Assembly: GCA_002633005.1 (NCBI GenBank)
Contig: NMRA01000237.1
Span: forward strand, 492,092 to 556,091
DNA: 64,000 nt
DNA from: Phoronis australis
Lineage: Eukaryota > Animalia > Phoronida
Direction: 5' to 3'
The position numbers and the translations under genes were made by a program. This document shows, in pieces, positions 12,601 through 25,115 of the stretch. The number at the start of each line of letters is the position of its first letter. The first letter of the stretch is position 1. Below the pieces are notes generated by a model. That model saw nothing but the letters and a program-made list of their open reading frames with translations, was not told the DNA's origin and searched no databases.

Positions 12601-15600
12601 GTTGTGAGTACTTTTGGCAGTGCTACTGGTCAAGCACCCGACCACACAACATCCGACCATGATTAGCAGACAACGTACTTGCCGGAATAAAATGTGCTAT
12701 TAATACAATTACCGTGGCATTGGTGAAACACTCTTATGAACATATGAGTCATTAAAATTGACTGGTCACTCACCCAGGTCATCCCTTTCATTTCAAGTTT
12801 TCAACAGCATCTGTGTGCGAATTCAGTGAGGCAAGAATTAACCACCAAGTAGCCTCATGTGAAATAAGTGAGGGACAAAATATTATTTTTACAAATACAT
12901 TTGGACATGCAAAATAAATTGAGTGTATGAAATAAGTGGAGCATTACCGTGTTGTACTGATACTGACTTTGTTTGCTTATTATATTTTGGTTTGGCTCAC
13001 AAAATATTTTAACACATTCTTTATAATATTAAAAGTCATGGCTGTATTAATTTGAACAACTAAAACTTTTCTTTTTTTTCTTTCAATTTATACTATTCAA
13101 ATTCTTTATTAATAGCTTTTCTTAACTAAATGGCATCTGCTAATTTCTTTGGAGCCAATTAAGTACTGCATTGGTTTAAAGCCATTTTCACCAACTCTCT
13201 CTCTCTTTCTGTCTCTCACTCTCTTGATTTTATTAGTTACTTTAACTTTGATTGACAGCTGTTCTAACACACCCTCCATACCAACCGTGGATCGAGAATT
13301 ACCAGCCGCGATCAGGCAAGCTTGATTTGTGCTGGACCCCAAGCATAATACTCCCTGACAACACACAAATAACATATGCGATAGAAATGAGAAAGCCACC
13401 ACAACAGACATGGAAGCCAGTATCCAAGAATATCTTCGACACACGCTTCACCGTGTCGGGACTTAATCCCAACACGGAATATGAATTCCGCGTACGGGCA
13501 GAAAGTGACCGAGGTGTGACGAACCCGTCACTTCCTGTTTCAACATACGCGTTTGCCGACAAAGGTAGGTACAGGAAGTCATGATAGTCAATGAGTGTTC
13601 TTGCATGTATTGTGTATTGACTTGTGGGGTGGTGAGATTGTTGTCAGGATGCAATGCATGAAATGCGTCTACTCATTGAACGCTGTGATAAAGGTAATGA
13701 AACACAGTTATGGTAGTAAGCATCATTGGTTGCACTTGATTTACATTGAATGTTCCACCAAGACAACTGATCAGTTCTTGGTGCCAACTTCCGACTTACC
13801 AACCTATTAGATGTCTTAGCTGGCCAATTCAATCAAGTGTTCCCAGTGCAGCATCATGGACACAACTCTGGCTACAGCTCTGCGTTTTCCTGTGTTCTTC
13901 TTCCTTGTGTTACACCTTCTTCCTTAAAACTTTCTCTTGTTCAGTGCCCGAGTGCAGTAACTGTCATTCACGGGTAGCCAGGGTGGGTAAGGTTTTATGC
14001 ATTGGTGGCATTTCAGTAGCCAAGTGGCTGGGGGTGATAAGTGATACAGTGAAGTTAGTCAGTCGTACACGATATAAGCTGCCACAGGCTGAATCGCTTA
14101 CTTGCTGTTAGACAACAAGTAAGGCTGAATGAGAGAAATTTTGTAAATTAAATGCACTTAAGGTATGAGAAATTAGTGGAAGTGTTTCCACCAGAGAACT
14201 CAGTGGTACCTTTTTGATCAAAGATGCTAGAAGTTTTGGAATAATTTAATTTATTTATCGCGCTCTGAAGTTATGAGAATGACTTGCTCGTTTCCATTGA
14301 TTCTTCTTGTTTTTTTACCAAAAAAAGTGTGTGGAACTGCCTTGACCTGAAGTCTGGCTTATCACTGTTCTGTTTGTTCCATAGGCGCACTGTACCGTAG
14401 GACTGTACTCCTTGTGACACTGTGCAGTGCCCTACAGTACTATGACGTACTGTTTTATACTATTTTGTACGTGGAATGATTTTTAAGATCGTTACATTTG
14501 ATTCTACAAATGCGAAACGGGTGGATTCTGGTATTTCTTATTTCTACTTGTTCTCAGTAAACACTCTTGCCTTAGTTTTATCCCTTCTAAACACCATGCC
14601 ATCATATCTCATAATGAGTTCTCATTCCAAATAGTTCTCTGTAATGGTGCCATTTCTAGCATGTTCTCACCATCACCACTTTCCACTCTCTCTAGACCTT
14701 CCAACTTCTCTACCAGAACCTTGGATCACCAACTATAAGCCGTTGCAGGGTAGTCTTGACTTGCACTGGTCACCTAGCGTACCTAAGCTGCCTCACGATC
14801 ATTCTTTCTCGATTGATATGAAGGAACCGCACGAGTCCAGGTGGACCCCTGTTGCCCGCTCTATTGCCCTCCCACCATACCATGTGACGGGGCTTGATAA
14901 ATCAAAAAATTATGATTTCCGTGTGGTTTCCAATTTACCAACGGGTGTGACAATACCGTCTGGCCCTGTGTCCACAGAGCCACTGAGAGGTATGTGTGAT
15001 GTGAAGTGATTTTCTGTAGAAGAACTGCTTTAAGTTATCATGTGTTCTGCATTTTTTCTGAAGTTATGATGCTGTGCTGCTTTTTGTTGTTGTTATCAAA
15101 GCTCCTCTTTGATAGGTTCAAATATTTTGTTTTCTCAGTCTTATTCATTGTTGGGATGCACTCATTTTTGTTACAGAGATTTTGTTTGTGCTATAAAAAA
15201 TGATTCAAAATCTTTTCCCAGGTTGCAGTTAAAATGTTTTGAGTCACACATATTTTATGGTTGGCCAGGAAAAAGAAAACAAATAAATTTATGCCTTATT
15301 CATTTTTAGACTTTCATAATTCTTGCTTTTTAAATGCTTAATGTTATGCTTTCGATTTTATGCTTGCAACTTTATCTCTTTTAGAATTTCAATGACCTTA
15401 TTTTTAACACCTGCATTATTTGCCTTTACTTGCTTTGGAAACTATGCTTAATTGTGTTCTTATTGGTATGAATTCCAATTCAGTTTAACAGTAACCATCT
15501 ACCTCTAGTCTAATAAGTAACTTTCTATTTCTTGTATAATTTTAATCAACCTGTCAATCCTATAACCGGTGACATAACATTCTGTCTCTTTCACTTTGCT

Positions 15601-18600
15601 TACAGCCACTCGCTTGGCATATTTAACCTCTGACCTCGAGCCTTCAGACATCACATGGCGTCCTACACCGCCAGATTTCACAATCCGTCGCACTAGATTA
15701 CCTAGTCCCGAACCTTACTCCAGAAAACCCGATCTTGACCTTGACCTAGATCTCCCAAGTGTTACTTATCGTAGACGACTTCCAAGCCCCGAACCCATCA
15801 TGAGGAAGCCTATCCGGTACTACCCGACAACTCCTCAGATGAGTCATAAACCACCAATGCAAGACTCAACTTATGCTCCGAGTTACACACCAAAGAAGTA
15901 CCCAGAATCTTTTAAGCCGAGCTATCGTCCACTTAGTTCTGATGATGATGATGATGATTTCTCATGGCGATTAAGATTTCCTGGTACCAAGCCAAAAGAC
16001 TGGGACTATTTGTCACGACGTCTGCCACGTTACCAGAGATTGGCAAGTCCTGAACCCTACACGCCACGAACTGCGTATGAACCTTTGGATACAACGCCTG
16101 TAGATGGATCCCGGTTGCCGTTGAGAACACGTTTCCCTGGAACAAGTGATACTGAGCTGAGATACTGGATGACGGTACTGCCACATTACCATCAGAGGCT
16201 GACTTCACCAGAGCCATCTATTGGACCATATCGACCCAAACCCTATCCCAGACTTAGGGCTCCTGTGGGAACAGGACTTTCAGAACGTCCCGATTATAAT
16301 TTGCCACTTGCATGGACGCCATGGAGGGGCCATCTAACAAGCCAACCATTAGTAGATAGTACTGACTATCCTTATGAACCAAGAAAGAAAGGTAATTATT
16401 GACACAGTATGGGCATGTTTGAATGAAATGCATGCATGTATGGAGTATGTGAGACTTGCGGCTTTGAATAAGGAGGTCGAGGTAAGTTTGCATATTTTAA
16501 ATATTTTGAAACCCTGATGGAACAACCCCAAACCTGTTTAGAATTTTAACATTCATATGATTTGTTAACTTGTAACTCTTGTGTCTCCTCTCTCACTTTT
16601 CTTTCATCATTTTCTGTTTGGCTAATTTTGCTATGATTTCGTCTTCCTCTTTTTCTTGACCTTGATCTCTACAAACTCGTTCTCTCTTTCTCTGCTTTCA
16701 GCACCATCTGTTGGTCTTTCCTATCCCTCTCACCCCTGGATATCAAACTATCACCCCGACAGAGGCACACTCGACCTTGAGTGGTCTCCCAGCATGATAT
16801 CCTCCAATAGGCCGTCCACATATAGAGTGGAGATGCAAGACCAAATCAGTGGTCGCTGGGCACCGATTGCCTCGGGCCTCACTAGACCCTATTACAGAGT
16901 AGATGGCCTGGAGCCAGATGCTGACTACGAATTTAGGATTTATGCCAGACTAGATGACGGCACGGGGTTGGCGTCTGACCCTGTGTCAACGTTACCCTAC
17001 AAGAGACAAGGTAACAATGTCTCTGGGACTTATTTTGTTCAAGGGACATTTCTCCTCTTAGTCAATTCTTAAACAAAGCCTTATGGAGTTTAATAACATT
17101 ACAACATTCATGCAATGTTGAATTGTTACAGAAACAGCTAGCAATGCATTAATGCGTCATTTTCAAACTCAATTTCAAGGTTATGCCAACCCCAAAAAAC
17201 TCAGAAGGTTTTTTTGAGTCACTCAAATGGTTTCGATGTTCTCGTTGGTGATGAAAATAGAATCATAATAAGGAATGTTACAAGACTGATTTCATGAGAG
17301 TAATAGGCCTGATTTAATTTCTTAAGCCATAAAACAGGGCCAAATGCATTTCCAAATAGCGGAATTTTTGTGAGACTTTTGGGGCAACATGCATGATGTC
17401 TATTTGGTCTTCAAAAGCAGAAGACCCAGAAATAGATGTGATGCTCACCACGTGCTTGAATGGCCGACTGACGTGAACACCGTGTTGCTCATTCTTGTTT
17501 TCTGCTCCGTGTTTCTTACTTCACTTGTTGTACCAGACACTTTTCTATTGAAAATTTTTTTTTGGTAAAATTGGTGAGATTTTACTGCAAAGTATATAAC
17601 CCACTAAAAAATCTCACCAAGTTTAGACAATTGAAAAATGATCGTCAAAATTGATCTTTTTACCTTTTTCTAAGGCTTCTAACATTTTGGTTAATGTTCG
17701 CAATTTTTCAAAATGTTTTCTGATGGTAGCTGTGACATTAAGAACTTAAAATTGATGTATTTATTTGGTGGTAAATGAAATTTCACTCGTCTGCCATATT
17801 GTGTCCGAAATTGGTGAGATTTATTTTACTGTCGTTTCAAGATTGCCAAGTAAACCAACTCTGTTCTTTCGTCTTCTTTTTTGTGCGACGTTATTATCCA
17901 ATAAAACAATTTCCCAGCTTACAATCATACTCATTGCTTACTGACTTTTTCTATGACATTGTAGCTCTGTCATACACTCGCGTTCCTCACCATCCATGGA
18001 TCACCAGTTACCAACCAGACCGTGGAACAATTGACCTCTCATGGACTCCAGCCATCTTGCCATCGACACGTATGCCGGCATCCTACAGAATTGAGGTGAG
18101 GGAGCCACCGAGTCTATCATGGTCGCCAGTTGTGACGGGACTGATAGGGACGCATTACACCATTAGGAACGTAGTTCCAGACAAGGAGTATGAATACAGA
18201 GTGCGTGGTGAACTTGATGACGACTACACTGATCCGTCTCTGCCAGTGTCAACATATTTGTTCCAGCGATCGAGTAAGTTTATGTTGTACACTGAACATT
18301 TTTCCCCATGTAGTTGATGTCCAATGAAGAAACAATGAAAATTTTTTTGACCTGTTACTGGATTACTTTCTCACTAGACAACTTGTATTAATTGAGACTT
18401 AAACCATTCTTTCAAATGTTCCTACTGTTTCCCACTTTTTGCTTACAGTTTTTACTTTTTTCCTTCCTTTTTTGAAATTAGTCCTACTTTTGTCCTACCT
18501 TTCCCTACTTTGTTATCTGAAACTGCTTGAAAGCTTATTTACCGCTAGGTCTTCTGCTCATAACGTGGGGAAATTTACCGCTAGGTCTTCTGCTCGTAAC

Positions 18601-21600
18601 GTGTGGGAATTTAGGGAGCTGAACGGGCTTGGGCTCTTCCTCTAGTAATGACTAAAAAACGGGACTGACAGGCTATTTTTAGGACTATCACATAGATTTG
18701 TCCTTTGAAAACTATGGTCTGCTGCCCTCCTCCCAACATCCAATATCCGACAGTACGTCCAACGTCAGTGGATTAGACGGACACCGTTTCTTCACGTTTG
18801 TGATTTAGCCAGCCAATGTTTTGTGTCATAGTACTATTAGGTAACAGCCTCTCCACCATTTCTCTGTGTGTATTTCCTTTTTTCTCATCAATAGGTTAGC
18901 CTTACCCAATGAAGTTGCAGAAGGGAGAGTTTGAGTTTAGCCAATTTACAATCATGACACCAGTCAAAATCTTGGTGTGAAGTTGAAAAAGTTGTCCAAA
19001 AGTGAGATACAACGGTCAGCTTTGTTGTTTCTATTTAATTGCTGGCACCACGAAAGCAATTAGTCGTACCAACAAAGTAACATTTTAGAATATTAGTCAG
19101 GAATCATTTATCAAAGTCTTCTTACTTCATTTTATTTTTGGCATGTAAAATTTAATTCTTTATTTGGCTATTTTATATCTGCCAGTTAAGATATGGAGCC
19201 TACTTAACTCCCTTTTTGCTTGTCAAACACATCTTATTACTTATTCTAATTAGTTTAATTTGTAGAAAATTAGCATCCCTGAGACATTTAGCTAACATTA
19301 CCGAGTTGAGTATTGCTTGCAACCACTTAAACTGCAGTAGTTTAGCCTGTGTAGTAGATAAACAGAATGTTAGATAGATAGACTTGGATCTTTACCAACC
19401 AAGAATAGGTCCACAAGAAAAGACGGTGTGAGATTGGTTGGGTAGACACCATATAATCAAATGCCTCACAAAAATGAAAATTTGACCTTTTTGCATCTGG
19501 AGGGAGATGTATGTGCAGTGGAGGGATTGTGGGAAATCACCCTTCACAGTCGACAAAACACATTGCATGTCCAGTCACTGTGTGGCAAGAAGAGGATATT
19601 CAATGTATCTCCTTTGTGTGATGGACCGTTGCAGCCTCCATCAATCGGTAAAAAGGTCAATGTCCTCGCATAACTGAAAATTTGATCTTTTTGTGATCCC
19701 AAGTTCAGCACTGTCATCTTACTACGTGGCCAATCTCAGACTGCCTATGACCATGTCTGCATATCTTGGCTGTGTATCCATTTCTTTCGTCTCTCTCACT
19801 TACCAAATCTCTTCTCTCTGTCAGCCTCTACTTTCTATACTCCTTCTGCACCACACCGTCCTCCCTACCGACCATGGATCACAGAATACTACTCCAGCAC
19901 TGGCATGGTCCATCTTAACTGGGCACCAAGTTACATCCTGCCATCAACGGCTGTAACACCAATCACATATGTTGTTGAAATGCGCAAGTCTGATAGCCCC
20001 AATTGGCTTAAGGTAGTGACTGATATGGCGTCACCCTATTGTCTGGTGGACAGCCTCTTGCCGGATGTTGACTATGAGTTTCGGGTGAGAATGGTTGTTG
20101 ATGGTGTACCAACGGAACCATCTCTGCCCGTCTCCACTTACCCATACAGATTCCAGGGTAAGGCTATGAGGAGCCCTGGGAAATGCTTGCTCTATATTGG
20201 CAGCCATTTTGGATTATGCATTTATTAACAAATTTATGGCATGATTTAGTTACTAGCTTTCAATCTATTATGTAAAATTTATAAACATATTACTGCCAAT
20301 CAACAATCCTGATTTTCATCTTCAACCTTACACTCTTTTGTTTGAAAATTTTATTTCATTTTGCTGCAAGACTAATCTCTTTGGGTTTCTTATGAACTTT
20401 CTTTCTGTTGTTACTATTTCTTCAATTATCTTCTGTTCTTAATAATTCCAGCAGTTTGTTGTTTTGACGAATCTCAGATGTAAGTAAATACTCTGGTTTT
20501 CAGATACTTATGTCAAGAAACCAGCATCGACTGAGCCATATTCATATGAGCTTCCCGAGTCTGAGCGCAGCAGAGGTACAATATTTCTCTTCACCAGCAA
20601 GTTTTTCTAGATGTCTTACAGAGCATATAAACATGTTATAGAGCAACGTATTTACTTTAAAAACCGAGACAGTCCCTTTCGTCCCTATGATGGTATTCTT
20701 TCAAATTTCCACAGTGTGCTGGTCATGTTACGTTAATTCCTTATGTCAGAGTATTAGACACTGGTAAAGTGTAACATTTTGATGATAAGTTCTGAGGTTT
20801 ACAAAAAACAAGAAGGCCATTGTACAGTGAAGTATTTTTTTGATTTATCTTCATAGAGTAATTTCCTTGTTAGCTATTTGTTCTTCACTGGAGTTTGGTC
20901 CTCTTTAAAACTTGTTTTTTTGCAATATTTGATCACAAAATGCGGCTTTTGACTTTATTTGTTGGTTCACTATGGCCGAGAGTAACCGTACTTTTTATTC
21001 AATATAGCCGTCATTACCAATGCTCCTTGTTTAAAAGGATACTAAACCCTGTTTTGATAATTTCAACTAATCCTGGTTTATCTTTGGCGTTAATCTTAAA
21101 CGATAAAAGCAGGAATCAACTAAAATCTTGTACCCACTATCTCACAAATTGGACATTATGGTTCTTGGTGGGTGGTCTTTTCCCACAGTTGCTGAGTAAT
21201 TATCTACTAGCGTGGGTCATGCTTGAAAGGAGTTTTCAAATTTTCTTCCAAACTCTTGAGGGGTGTCGAGGGTTACACAGCATTATTCCGTTTCAGAGAA
21301 CTGGATGGGAAACTCTTTTTTAGTAATTTTTGATAGGCCAAAACCGGGTTTGGCTCGTTTTAAAGATGGCTTACAATGGTCATGCATCTGTTGCAGTGCC
21401 ACCACGCCCTCTGTATGAGAAACCAAGAATCAGCGACTACAACGAGTCATCCAGAACTCTACGTCTTAGCTGGCCAGAGGGACGTCTACCAGCATATGCT
21501 GCATTATCCAATCTCTATTATTCTGTTGAATCACGTGAGCCTCCAAGTCAACACTGGCGCCAACTGGCAAACAGCCTGAGAACTCCCGAATACACGGTGA

Positions 21601-22217
21601 AGGGTTTCAACCCAAACAGGACGTATGAGTACAGGATAAGAGTTGGCAATGAATACGGCATGAGTGAACCCTCTCTTCCGGTCTCGACCTATGACCTCAA
21701 GAGGTTGCAGGACAGAGACATCTATGGTGCTAAACGAGGATCATCAGTTCCACCAAAGAGACAAGGTAACGTCCAATATTTGTGTCAGCCCAGAAGACTA
21801 GTTTCCAACTATGCTATATTATAGCATTGATTTGATAGTTTCTTATTTTCACAACCAGAAAAGCATAATACCTTAACAATTTCAGCTCTTATCAGAAGCC
21901 ATCTTCCGAAGTTGTACTAGTAGGTGTGGTGATCAGGCTGTTCCAAATTTTAGACAACTTAACCCTCCATCATCCCTGTTCATGACTGAGCTTAAATTTG
22001 GAACAGCCTGATCACCATGCCTCCTAGTGTTCAATTACTTCGGAAGATGGCTGCTGATAGGAGCCGAAACTATCAAGGTAGCATGCTTTTCTGGTTGTGG
22101 TTACTTAGTGGTATAGTAGAGCATATTGTAGCATGTTCAGAAAGCCAAGTGCATTTGTAACAGAATTTTCCAGTTGTTTTCAGAAACATGCATGCATGGA
22201 TATATTTAGGCAGACCG

Positions 22218-22271
<54 letters not shown>

Positions 22272-25080
22272 NCCCCCTGTGGATTCTGAAAAGCACAGCC
22301 TGGTATGTCTCACTATTTCACATAGTTTTTTCTGTGGGGGGTCTATCTGCATAGTCATTGATTAACTTGCCCACAGCATTAGTCACACTTGATGATTTAG
22401 CAGCCAGTTTGATGAGGGTTTGTAATATATTGTTTTGTTTCAAAGATTTATTTATAGATCTGGTCATAGGTTTTATATGTGTAAATGGGCTAAACCTGGC
22501 TGCTGTGTGCTTTAACATCACTTTTTAAACTGGAGTCCGTACACTCTGTACATCAGTCTTAATTGATTTTGATACTTAAAAACATATTGTTTGAGTCATG
22601 CAAACTAAAAAATACATATTCTACAAAAATCATGGCGATTTTTACTGCAACAATGGACTCCTGAAATATGCAAGTTTTGTGGGGCTCCTGGAATGAGTGT
22701 GTGCATGTATGCTTGTATAAGGAGCTATCTATTACATGTACAAAATAAATGTTAAGAAAAATGTGGTTTGTCTTTTCAGGTTATCAAAGCCCTAGTCCCA
22801 GTCCCAAGCGTAAGACATACAGTCCGGACCACGCCCGCTACGACAGCCCTCGTAGTAGAGGCAGGGGCTATAGCGCCAGTCCCTATCGCCCCCGTGGTGT
22901 TTCACGTACGTCTCTTATCTCTGTCTGTTTTTATGAATTCTTTTAGTTTCTGTCACAGTGGGTACAGTACCAGGCTGTGTTCTGTCGATGCAAGACACTT
23001 GCAAAAAGAACGTGATCTCGCATGTCTTTGCGAGACTTCACTATGCATAACAAGCACAGCACGTGATCATACTAGTTTTTCTTGCGATCATTTTATGTCT
23101 ACGGAATGTGGCCTGGTATCATAATTATGCTAGGATGTGTATGGGTTTAATCAAATAACATTCAGAAAATTATTTGCAGCCCAGTGTTAAAGTCCCGGCC
23201 AGCCAGCATTCATTGGGTCAAGCCAAAACTGCAAACCTCAAGCAAGAATAAGTGAAGTTAACAGTGGTCAATCTTTCCAGTGAAGCACTCAATGAGCTCA
23301 TTGGTGTTATTCTGTAAACGTAGGAATAATTACTTGCAATATTAGAAAAACAAAACAAAGTGTTACACCCCACAACACGAATCAAAACAAGGATTTTCAA
23401 AGGTACCGTTTTGTGAGGCTTTGAGTTCTTGTTAAATGAATGTAAACATTATGAACTTATTTACGGTATCATGAAGGCTGGTAATTGAATTTGGTTCTTA
23501 TTTCCATCTATTTAACAGCGCAATATAGTCTACCTCATCACAGAAGAAACTTTGGCATTTCTCGCTCACGGACACCTGACTTGAGCAAGCCAATCAAATA
23601 CGAGCTGTATGACATCCCCTTTGACATGAACGGGGAAGAACCAGAGAGGCCATGTAAGAAATGTTCAATAATTTTATAAACTACCACTTTGTGTTCAAAT
23701 TAGCCATTTTGTTGAGATAATGCTGCAAGTGGTCTTAATCCACCTGCTTAACTCATTTGAAAGTTTTACCAATCGCTCGAATCTTTCTGATTTGACATTA
23801 TTTTACGGAGATGTGGCAGCATCAAATTTGGTATCAATTCTGACTACTGTGGCTCCTCCTGATGGGGGAAATTGGTCAAGAAGTCCCGTGTAATAATACA
23901 TTGTTGCCGTGGTAAAGTATGGGTTCAAACTTTTCAACGAAATGCCTCCTCGTCGTAACTCAAAGGCAGCTTATGACAATTTGTATGACTTAGATCAAAA
24001 TGGTTTGCACTCCCGAATTGGGCCACACCAGTTAGACTTGTATTGTCAAATTCATGGATTCCACGAAGTTTGGTTAAATCAAGGCATTATAATTTTTAGA
24101 CAGCGATTAAAAGGGATTGTTATTTGCAAGGATGGAGACAGAGTGTTGAGAATAATCCCAAACTGTGTAATCAATTTAAAAAGGAATTTAAATTAGAAAA
24201 ATTTTAAGTTAGCTTTGAATGTACCCCGTGCACAAATTAAGTCCATGGCACATTTTCTTTGTTCTGGCCACAGTCTCATGTTGTTGAAGATGAGTACCAT
24301 TTCCTTTTAAGCTGTAATAAGTATTCTGAATTGAGAGGAAATGATATTGAAGTGTATTACTGGAACTTTCCGTCTGTTTTCAAGTTCAAATGTGAGCAAG
24401 TGATGATTCTAAATTAGTTAATCTATGTAAATATGTATTTTATGCTTTTTGACTCCGTGATTGCTTGCTGCACTCTTAAGTATGTTTCATGTTGTTCTTT
24501 TGTACAGTGGGCCTATGACTTTTATTACAGAAATAAATTGATTGAATAATACATTGGGTGCATACCATCACTTCACGTTGCTCTTGTTTTTTGATATATG
24601 ATCATTGACCATCTGAAAAGCCATTTAAGGTAAAAATTCCGAAATTATGTAAAATTTTTGATAATATCACTATCTTCTGTTAAGTGGCTTCAAGTTTTAA
24701 TACTTTGAACTCTGCACAATTTTAGCAGGAGCGCGTTGCTAGGTAACAGCAAGTGAAAGGAAGTAGTCACGTGCTTCGATTACAATGCATGTAAATGTCC
24801 CACCAAGACTTGTGTAATCTTGCTAAACTCACTAGAAACTAGCCTGAGGGAATGCATACCAGAATGAAGCTCATTGCATTTTAATGTTGTAATCATTAAA
24901 AATTAATGCACCTTTTACTTCAGATCTGGAGCCCCGGTTTGAATGTCCCATGGGCTTGACACAGTATGCTGTCGAAAACTACGCAGCCAAGATAGAGTGC
25001 TCTCTTTTTGGTTACCCTACCCCTACTTTAAGGTAAGTCTCTTAAAATGACACTGTCCCTCACTGAGGCTGACCAATGTA

Positions 25081-25115
<35 letters not shown>

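Noticed and set aside
18696-18810. Possible extra exon (LSFENYGLLPSSQHPISD)
   Set aside because: Poor acceptor tract, uncertain donor and no similarity to neighbouring exons.
19461-19673. 70-aa intronic ORF
   Set aside because: No recognisable motif or convincing acceptor; minus-strand frames are closed.
20452-20479. Possible microexon before GTAAGT at 20480
   Set aside because: Not frame-preserving and would leave an intron of only 24 nt.
23909-24196. 95-aa intronic ORF as a nested gene or TE fragment
   Set aside because: No recognisable domain or splice context; cannot be supported without a search.
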